NCBI GenBank assembly: GCA_963762565.1
Contig: CAVXLD010000003.1
Span: forward strand, 288,001-352,000
DNA: 64,000 nt
Source of the DNA: an uncultured Verrucomicrobiae bacterium
GTDB taxonomy: Bacteria; Verrucomicrobiota; Verrucomicrobiia; Chthoniobacterales; JAFAMB01
Direction of reading: 5' to 3'
Of this stretch, positions 57,045-64,000 are shown one piece after another (the first letter of the stretch is position 1; each line of letters opens with the position of its first letter). The translations under genes and the position numbers were made by a program. The notes below the pieces were generated by a model. It was not told the DNA's origin. It did not search any database and saw nothing but the letters and a program-made list of their open reading frames with translations.

Positions 57045-58856
57045 GTGAGTTCCTCCCCAGTTTTGCCTGAATCGGCTCCTCCGAGTTCCGCAGGACGTGC
57101 CGACCTGCGACCAGAAAATATCCGCGATGCTGTCATCCGTTTGGCTGGCAATTCGCAAGACGGTATCCAGACCGCCGGCGCGTTTCTTGCCCGGCTAGCC
57201 GGGCGAAGCGCTCAAGATGTCATGACCTACATGACCATTCCTTCAACCATTTCGGGTGGCCCTTCGATTTTCCAGGTGCGAATCGGGTCCGGTGAAGTGC
57301 TTTCCGCGGGTGACGAAGCGGATTTTCTCGTAGCTTTTTACCAGCATAGCTACACGGACCACATCGATTTCCTGAAAGAAGGCGGCGTGTTGCTCTACGA
57401 TTCGGATCAAGTTCAGCCAAACCTCGACGATAAACGGTTCGTGTATGTTGGCGTGCCGATCACCGGGCTTACGGTTGAGGCTTTGGGCGGTACCGCCAAA
57501 GATAAAGGGAAGAACATTTTCGTGCTTGGTCTATTGGCCAGCATTTTCCGGCTGAACGCAGACAAGCTGAAGGGGCTGATTCGCGAGCGGTTCGGCGGCA
57601 AGGACGAGAGCGTGGTGAACACCGCGATTACCGCTTTTCAGGCAGGCTACGCCTATCCCGTCAGCAACGTTTTAACTCATCTGTACGAGTTCGAACCGAG
57701 CCCACGAAAAACGGAGCGCGCTCAGGTCACGATGGACGGAAACCAGGCCTTAGCCTACGGCTTGATCGCGGCGGGCGTCCGGTACGGAGCTGGTTACCCA
57801 ATCACACCCTGGTCGTCCATCATGGAAATGCTGCGGTCGGAGCTGCCGAAATATGGCGGCTTGTTTGTTCAGGCCGAAGATGAGTTAGCCGCGGTTTCTC
57901 TGGCTCTGGGATTCTCTTATTCGGGATGGTTAGCGGTAACTGGTAGCGCAGGGCCCGGTATTTCGCTCAAGGCTGAGGCGATCGGTTGGGCCTCAATGGC
58001 CGAGATTCCACTGATCGTAATCAATGTGCAACGGGGCGGGCCCAGTACGGGATTGCCGACGAATGTGGAGCAGAGCGATCTGCATCAAGCGGTTTTTGGA
58101 GGACATGGCGATAGTCCGCGCGTCGTTTTGGCCGCCGCTACCGTTGAAGACTGTTTTTATATCGCGATAGAAGCAGCCCGCATCGCACGTAAATACAGCA
58201 CGCCGGTTTTTATTCTGAGTGACACGTCGCTTGCGACCAGAATCGAGGCATTCGATGAACCGAATTTGTCGGAAGTAATGTTGGATCCGAAGCCGGACCT
58301 GAATCCGCGCTCGCCGGGCGTAAAGCCGTATCCGCTGGATCAGATTACTCAGCATGCGCCGCCCGGTACGCGGATGTTAGACGGAAAATATCCGGTCGTG
58401 ACCGGTCTCGAACACGACGAAATGGGCCACCCGACGGCGTCTGCCCGGCTCCATACCGCGATGACGGCCAAGCGGCGAAAGAAGTACCAACAACTGGCCG
58501 ATGAGTTGCCGCTTCCGCCGGTTCATGGCGATCCCCAAGGCGAAACGCTGTTAGTGGGTTGGGGCTCCACTTATGGTCCGATCTCAGAAGCAGTCAACCA
58601 AGCTCGAGGTCGCGGGGAGAGTCTCTCCTCCTTACATTTAAGACATCTCCATCCACTGCCCAGGGGCTTGGAAGCCATCTTCGACCGTTTCAAACGAATT
58701 GTGGTCGTAGAGATGAATGACCAGGGATTGTACGGCTACGGCCAGCTGGCTGTGCTGCTGAGAGCACGATTCTGTAACCCAAAGATTGAAAGTTTCACCA
58801 AGACCGATGGCTTAACATTCCGAGTTCGCGAAATTTTGGAAGGAGCCCTTAAATGA
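57045..58856 (+). CDS. korA: 2-oxoacid:ferredoxin oxidoreductase subunit alpha (gamma-alpha fusion)
   Basis: AGNSQDGIQ, GYPITP, QAEDE, QRGGPSTGLPT, GWGSTYG; substrate specificity inferred only. Confidence 0.88.
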   Translation: MSSSPVLPESAPPSSAGRADLRPENIRDAVIRLAGNSQDGIQTAGAFLARLAGRSAQDVMTYMTIPSTISGGPSIFQVRIGSGEVLSAGDEADFLVAFYQHSYTDHIDFLKEGGVLLYDSDQVQPNLDDKRFVYVGVPITGLTVEALGGTAKDKGKNIFVLGLLASIFRLNADKLKGLIRERFGGKDESVVNTAITAFQAGYAYPVSNVLTHLYEFEPSPRKTERAQVTMDGNQALAYGLIAAGVRYGAGYPITPWSSIMEMLRSELPKYGGLFVQAEDELAAVSLALGFSYSGWLAVTGSAGPGISLKAEAIGWASMAEIPLIVINVQRGGPSTGLPTNVEQSDLHQAVFGGHGDSPRVVLAAATVEDCFYIAIEAARIARKYSTPVFILSDTSLATRIEAFDEPNLSEVMLDPKPDLNPRSPGVKPYPLDQITQHAPPGTRMLDGKYPVVTGLEHDEMGHPTASARLHTAMTAKRRKKYQQLADELPLPPVHGDPQGETLLVGWGSTYGPISEAVNQARGRGESLSSLHLRHLHPLPRGLEAIFDRFKRIVVVEMNDQGLYGYGQLAVLLRARFCNPKIESFTKTDGLTFRVREILEGALK

Positions 58857-59794
58857 ATCCACTTGATGCTGTCCCTCCGGTGGCGCCGGAACGTGAGAAA
58901 CTGACCAAAAAGGCGGTTACCGCCGATCATCCCACCTGGTGTCCGGCCTGCGGCGATTTCGCGGTGCTGGCCTCTTTTTATAAAGTCTTAGAAAAACGCC
59001 AGCTACCTCATGAAAATATCGTGACGCTGGCCGGGATTGGCTGTTCCTCGCGATTCCCGTATTTCGTCAACACACACGGCGCTCACTTTATTCATGGGCG
59101 CTCGGTTCCGCTGGCTTCAGCGATCAGTCTGGCGCGTCCCGAGTTGCACGTCTTTCTGTTTGGCGGCGATGGCGACGGATTTTCGATTGGCGGCAACCAC
59201 TTGGAGCATGGCGCCAGGAAAAATGTCAACCTGACTTATGTCATTATGGACAACTTCGTCTATGGTCTGACAAAGAAACAGACCTCGCCAACATCGCCGA
59301 TCGGATACAAATCAAAAACCGATCCCACCGGGGCGATAGATCATCCGGTTAACCCGATCAAGAAGCTGATTGCCGCCGGCGCCACCTTCGTCGCCCGGAC
59401 TCACGCAACCCAGGTTAATCACATGATTCAAATGATCGAGCGGGCAATGGATCATGACGGCTTTTCCGTAATCGAATGTTTGTCCGAATGTATTGAGTTT
59501 TTCCCGGGGGCATTCGATGCCGGTAATCCGCGCAAAGGGGGCGAGTTCAAAGTGATCGACGAAAAGAAATGGGACGACACTCCGGAAGATGAGCCCCGAC
59601 ACGATGTAACCGACGAAATCGCCGCGTATCGGTTAGCAGACCTGGCGTTCCCCGGTCTTTTTGGGGTGTTCTATGAGATCGATCGTCCGACCAAGAATGC
59701 GCTGGAACAAAAATGGATAGAGTCCACTCGAGCCAAGCTTAATCACGCCAGCGATGTCGAGGTCCTGCAGAAGACGTTTGATCGGATGAAATAG
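58853..59794 (+). CDS. korB: 2-oxoacid:ferredoxin oxidoreductase subunit beta
   Basis: WCPACGD, GIGCSSR, HGR, GDGDG TPP motif, YGLTKKQTSPT. Confidence 0.88.
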   Translation: MNPLDAVPPVAPEREKLTKKAVTADHPTWCPACGDFAVLASFYKVLEKRQLPHENIVTLAGIGCSSRFPYFVNTHGAHFIHGRSVPLASAISLARPELHVFLFGGDGDGFSIGGNHLEHGARKNVNLTYVIMDNFVYGLTKKQTSPTSPIGYKSKTDPTGAIDHPVNPIKKLIAAGATFVARTHATQVNHMIQMIERAMDHDGFSVIECLSECIEFFPGAFDAGNPRKGGEFKVIDEKKWDDTPEDEPRHDVTDEIAAYRLADLAFPGLFGVFYEIDRPTKNALEQKWIESTRAKLNHASDVEVLQKTFDRMK

Positions 59795-59995
59795 GAAAGG
59801 AACAGAAAATCTCAGGCAAAGCCGCCAAGGGAGGACGGTGATTCGGTTGTGGAGCCGGGAAGGGGCACGGGAAAGGAATAGCCGCGAAAAGGCCGCCCGT
59901 CGCTTAAAGCTATGCTTTATTGGTCATGTTGTCTCTATCTCGCCCTGACTTGGTGTATTCCTCATCGCCTTCGAACTGTTTTCGTTTAATCACTT

Positions 59996-61378
59996 ATGAA
60001 CTCCGCCGCCACTCTCCCATCGCACACGCGAGTTTCTCCGAGTCTTATCTCACGACCTGGGTCGAATATTTACCCAGGATACATGTCCGGATTCGGTAAC
60101 GGGTTCGAAACCGAAGCTTTAGAAGGCGCTCTTCCAGTTGGGCGAAATTCGCCACAGCAATGTGCTTATGGTTTGTATGCGGAGCAGATTTCCGGTTCTC
60201 CCTTTACTGCTCCTCGGAAAACCAACGAGCGTTCCTGGTTATATCGGATTCGCCCGACCCTGGCGCATTGGGGTAGGTTCAGCAAAGTCGATAGTAGTTT
60301 TTGGAAGACAGCTCCCTGTGTGGAAGTCGAACTGCCAATTTCGCCGCTGCGCTGGGACCCGATTCCGATTCCGAATGAACCTCTGAATTTTATTACCGGC
60401 ATTCGTACGATGACCACTGCCGGAGATGCCGCGACCCACTCTGGTATGGGCGCGCATCTTTATTTCATCACCCGGTCGATGGACGATGAATATTTCTATA
60501 ACGCTGACGGCGAGATGCTGATTGTCCCACAGGAAGGAAAGCTCCGTTTTGCCACAGAGTTCGGCATCATTGACATCGAACCCGGTGAGATCGCCGTAAT
60601 CCCCCGGGGAGTTAAGATCCGAGTTGAGCTATTTGAGACCACTGCGCGCGGCTATCTGTGCGAGAATTATGGAGGCGCTTTCGCGCTTCCGGAACGCGGC
60701 CCGATTGGAGCCAATTGTCTGGCAAACCAACGGGATTTCCTGACCCCGATCGCTGCCTACGAAGATCGCGACGCGGATTCAAAGCTATTTGTCAAATGGG
60801 GTGGTTCGGTTTGGATGACTGAGATCAATCATTCACCTTTGGATGTCATCGCATGGCACGGAAACTATGCCCCGTATAAATATGATCTTCGCAAATATTC
60901 GCCGGTGGGTCCGATTTTGTTCGATCACGCCGATCCTTCCATTTTCACGGTACTAGCTTCGCCGTCGGAAACGCCGGGTACTGCCAACATCGATTTTGTG
61001 ATCTTTCCGGATCGCTGGTTAGTTACGGAAAATACGTTCCGACCGCCTTGGTACCACATGAATGTGATGAGTGAATTCATGGGCTTGATCTACGGGGTCT
61101 ATGACGCAAAAACCGGGGGTGGCTTTACTCCGGGCGGTATTAGCCTGCATAACATGATGTTGCCCCATGGTCCAGATGTCGACACATTCGAAAAGGCCTC
61201 CAATATCAAACTAGAACCGCGGCGATTAGAAAATACTTTAGCCTTCATGTTCGAGTCGCGATTTCCCCAGAGGGTGAGCTCATACGCGGCTAACTGCGGC
61301 GCCTTACAAGATGGCTACACGTTATACGGCAGAAAACTGAATAAACATTTTCATCTCAAAGGGTCCGAAGATCGCTAA
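59996..61378 (+). CDS. hmgA: Homogentisate 1,2-dioxygenase
   Basis: [64 protein letters not shown]. Confidence 0.96.
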   Translation: MNSAATLPSHTRVSPSLISRPGSNIYPGYMSGFGNGFETEALEGALPVGRNSPQQCAYGLYAEQISGSPFTAPRKTNERSWLYRIRPTLAHWGRFSKVDSSFWKTAPCVEVELPISPLRWDPIPIPNEPLNFITGIRTMTTAGDAATHSGMGAHLYFITRSMDDEYFYNADGEMLIVPQEGKLRFATEFGIIDIEPGEIAVIPRGVKIRVELFETTARGYLCENYGGAFALPERGPIGANCLANQRDFLTPIAAYEDRDADSKLFVKWGGSVWMTEINHSPLDVIAWHGNYAPYKYDLRKYSPVGPILFDHADPSIFTVLASPSETPGTANIDFVIFPDRWLVTENTFRPPWYHMNVMSEFMGLIYGVYDAKTGGGFTPGGISLHNMMLPHGPDVDTFEKASNIKLEPRRLENTLAFMFESRFPQRVSSYAANCGALQDGYTLYGRKLNKHFHLKGSEDR

Positions 61379-61385
61379 GCATCTA

Positions 61386-61675
61386 GTGTGCTGTCCCATA
61401 AATAACATGGCTTTCGCCGTCGGCCAGTTGGCTGTTTTTCAAGGCGCGAGCGAAGCGCCCATATCTGGTTCATACGGGTCGAGCGAGCAACGCGGAAAAA
61501 CAGCCAACTGGCCACGGCCCGGAGGGTTGCGATGAAAATGGGCCGGCGGCTGCGTTGCTCGTCGGTTACGTATCGATCAAGATATGCGCCCTCTACCGCC
61601 AGTCCGGCTCGGACCGCCTTGCCGGCGGCCCATTTTGATCGCAACGAAAGCCATGTTATTTATGGGACAGCACAC
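61386..61675. mobile_element. MITE, family D (290 bp, opposite orientation to the 36846 copy)
   Basis: TA|GTGTGCTGTCCCATAAATAACATGGCTTTCG ... CGAAAGCCATGTTATTTATGGGACAGCACAC|TA. Confidence 0.88.
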
Positions 61676-61828
61676 TAGATTGAGTCTACGGGCGACAAGC
61701 TGGCTGAATTCCGGATTCCGAACAGCACGCATGTTATCGACATCTTCTAATGCCAAGACGTCCACATTCTTTGGCAGCGCGTGAGATGAAAGCTTGAATC
61801 TGGGAACCGATAAACGCGATAAGCAATC

Positions 61829-62347
61829 ATGAACAGGTACGCGGCAATAGCGGTTGGTGTGAGTCTGTGGGTGTCGGCGCCCTGGCAACGGGGTCTAGCG
61901 GAAGACAGCGGGATTTCTGTCCCTGACCACACGCGGATTGTGACCGCGTTGCAGGCGGAGGGAGTTCAAATCTATGAGGCAAAAGCTCAGGCAAATGGGA
62001 GTTTGGGTTGGAGCCTGGTTGGGCCGGACGCGAAATTAGAAACACTGGACGGCCAACTGGTCGGCCTGCATTCGGTGGGACCTCGCTGGAAGGCGAACGA
62101 TGGGAGCGAAGTGAAGGCAATTAAGCCGCCGTTACAGAATTGGAAATCACCGGACCCAAAGAGCGCCGCGTGGCTGCTTTTGGAAGTGAGTTCTGAAGGT
62201 AATGGCCTCTTTTCCGGGGTGCAATACGTAGCGCGGGTTTCAACGATCGGAGGAGCTGCGCCGAGCGAGACTCCGACTCAAGCCGATGAGAAGAAGAGTG
62301 TTCCGTATCGGGCTATTTATTTGTTTTTGGCTCCGGCGGGGAAATAG
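61829..62347 (+). CDS. DUF3455-like secreted protein
   Basis: AEGVQIYE..W..GPDAKL..VGLHSVGPRW..DGS..WLLL..YVARVSTIGG.AP..VPYRAIYLF. Confidence 0.8.
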   Translation: MNRYAAIAVGVSLWVSAPWQRGLAEDSGISVPDHTRIVTALQAEGVQIYEAKAQANGSLGWSLVGPDAKLETLDGQLVGLHSVGPRWKANDGSEVKAIKPPLQNWKSPDPKSAAWLLLEVSSEGNGLFSGVQYVARVSTIGGAAPSETPTQADEKKSVPYRAIYLFLAPAGK

Positions 62348-62364
62348 AGAGAAAACGGAGAAGA

Positions 62365-62662
62365 AATAGCCGCAAAAAGGCGCAAAAAGCGCAAAAAAAG
62401 AGAAGGCTTAGGGGACCTCGTGGAGCGTGCCTCGCTTGCGAGGCCGTGGTGAGCAAGGGGAATCATGATGCCACCCCATTTTGGTCTGGCTCTATGTCGT
62501 GCATAACCGGCTCTTCACACACGAAAGAGCGCACTTAGACGAGGCGATCGGCTCAGCGCTTTGTTCCCCTGCTTACCACGGCCTCGCAAGCGAGGCACGC
62601 TCCACGGGAGCCTATCCTCGCCCAACCTTTTTTGCGCCTTTTGTGCCTTTTTGCGGCTATTC
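62365..62662. repeat. Family E palindrome inside (GCGCAAAAA)-type inverted arms
   Basis: AATAGCCGCAAAAAGGCGCAAAAA - CGTGGAGCGTGCCTCGCTTGCGAGGCCG...CGGCCTCGCAAGCGAGGCACGCTCCACG - TTTTTGCGGCTATT. Confidence 0.82.
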
Positions 62663-62670
62663 CCTTCCTC

Positions 62671-63540
62671 TCACCCCTGAAACCGCATTTCCGGTAATCC
62701 TTTAACGCCGGGCTGGAAGGCGAACAGGCTGCCCGCTTGCGGCTGGGCTAACCGCTCTTTCTCCGATAACCCTTTGGACGCTGAAGTGACGTAGATGGTA
62801 TCTAAGCCACGCCCTCCGAACATTGGGCAGCTCGGCTGTTGGACAGGCATTCTTACGGTTTGATCAAGACGGCCCTTCGGATCGTAACGTCTAACTTCCC
62901 ACGCGCCCCATACCGAGAGCCAAAAGCAACCTTCAATATCGACCGTCGCCCCGTCAGGGACGCCGTCGGTTGAAGGGAGCTCGACAAAAATGCGCCGGTT
63001 TGAAATCTGGCCCGAGTCGACCTCAAAATCCCACGCCCAGACCGTGCGTTGAGTGCTGTCGGAGTAATACAAAGTACGGCTGTCAGGGCTCCAGCAAAGT
63101 GAATTGGAGATCGTGATTTGGTCAACCAGCTGCTCGCAGTTGAGGTTCGTATCTAAGCGGAACAACCCGCCGCTGGCTTCCTCTTCCAGGTCGTCCATGC
63201 TACCCGCCCAAAACCGGCCCTGACGATCCACTTTTCCGTCGTTGAAACGGTTATGGCTTGGATGACCCGGCGGCAGAACTACCGGAGTAGCCTCGCTAGT
63301 GGTTAGATTGAAGAAATAAAGTCCTGATTGCAGCGCCATCACCAAACCGCCCTTTGCTCTAACCGCCAGTGAACCGACGACCTCAGGGGTTGACCACGTT
63401 TCATCCTGGCCGGTGGCGGGATCAAAGCGGTGGATTAGCCTTCCTTTGATATCCACCCAATAGAGACGTTGATCGGTTACATCCCAGTAAGGGCCTTCGC
63501 CCAATATCGCTTTAGCATCGCAGACGCAGGTAACTTGCAC
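62671..63540 (-). CDS. SMP-30/gluconolactonase/LRE family protein
   Basis: LGEGPYW, RFNDGKVD..GRFWAG, SNSLCWSPD, PDGATVD, IYVTSA. Confidence 0.93.
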   Translation of the reverse strand: MQVTCVCDAKAILGEGPYWDVTDQRLYWVDIKGRLIHRFDPATGQDETWSTPEVVGSLAVRAKGGLVMALQSGLYFFNLTTSEATPVVLPPGHPSHNRFNDGKVDRQGRFWAGSMDDLEEEASGGLFRLDTNLNCEQLVDQITISNSLCWSPDSRTLYYSDSTQRTVWAWDFEVDSGQISNRRIFVELPSTDGVPDGATVDIEGCFWLSVWGAWEVRRYDPKGRLDQTVRMPVQQPSCPMFGGRGLDTIYVTSASKGLSEKERLAQPQAGSLFAFQPGVKGLPEMRFQG

Positions 63541-63580
63541 GGGGGAAGCGTAATGAGGAGTTCGAGGAGTTCAAGGAGCT

Positions 63581-63790
63581 TGGAGGGGAGCCGCTTTGTA
63601 ATATGGCAGATCTGTAGGTTGTTAGCAGGCGGCTCCCGGGAATTACCTATAACGCCTTAGTTCTACGTGTGGGGCGAATCTTGATTCTGAATTTCGAGAC
63701 CTCAGGGCCAAGTCAAGGCGCTGGGTATTTCCCGGGAGCCGCCTGCTAACAAGCTATAGACCTGCCAACCTACAAAGCGGCTCCCCTCCA
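63581..63790. repeat. REPIN-like palindrome, family B
   Basis: TGGAGGGGAGCCGCTTTGTA...TACAAAGCGGCTCCCCTCCA. Confidence 0.88.
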
Positions 63791-63799
63791 GACTCCTTG

Positions 63800-64000
63800 T
63801 CACGCCCCTCCTCCGATCTGGCGGGCGAACCGGTTATGCGAATTTCGCAAATGCTTTTGCATGGCTTCTCTAGCCAAATCCGGATTTCGGGATGCCAATG
63901 CGGTTACGACCAGCTTATGCTCTGCCAGAGCTTGTCTCCAGGTACGGGTGTTCTCAAAATGCTTCTGAAATTGAACTCCCATGGGAGAATGGCGAGCGTC
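63800..64000 (-). CDS. GntR/FadR family regulator, C-terminal FCD end (truncated by window end)
   Basis: ALAEHKLVVTALASRNPDLAREAMQKHL FCD signature. Confidence 0.75.
   Translation of the reverse strand, partial: DARHSPMGVQFQKHFENTRTWRQALAEHKLVVTALASRNPDLAREAMQKHLRNSHNRFARQIGGGA

Overview
Bacterial chromosomal window, moderately GC-rich. Protein style and intergenic repeats suggest a soil Verrucomicrobia (Chthoniobacterales-like) genome; this is inference only. It carries about 55 mostly metabolic CDS: sugar ABC transporter, GH13 glucosidase, PaoABC-type molybdoenzyme, aroF, tlyA-nadK-EIIA, galM, split LigD, three-part transhydrogenase, 2-oxoacid:ferredoxin oxidoreductase and hmgA. Three things stand out. 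(1) A complete IS110-family, IS1111-type element at 31425-33034 sits inside a host REP-like palindrome. Its 450-bp right non-coding end contains two internal loops whose four unpaired strands match the left and right halves of the target and of the predicted circle junction, i.e. a bridge/seek RNA that can be decoded from sequence and is programmed against the genome's own repeat family. (2) A bufferin-like MNIO (DUF692) RiPP operon has a secreted precursor with six Cys in a CKGxNSCKGxGGC tandem repeat. (3) Most long intergenic gaps hold nested palindromes: several REPIN-like families, TA-duplicating MITEs with co-varying TIRs, and inverted 7-9-mer tandem-repeat arms. No tRNA, rRNA or CRISPR array was seen. 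All calls are by eye, without database searches.
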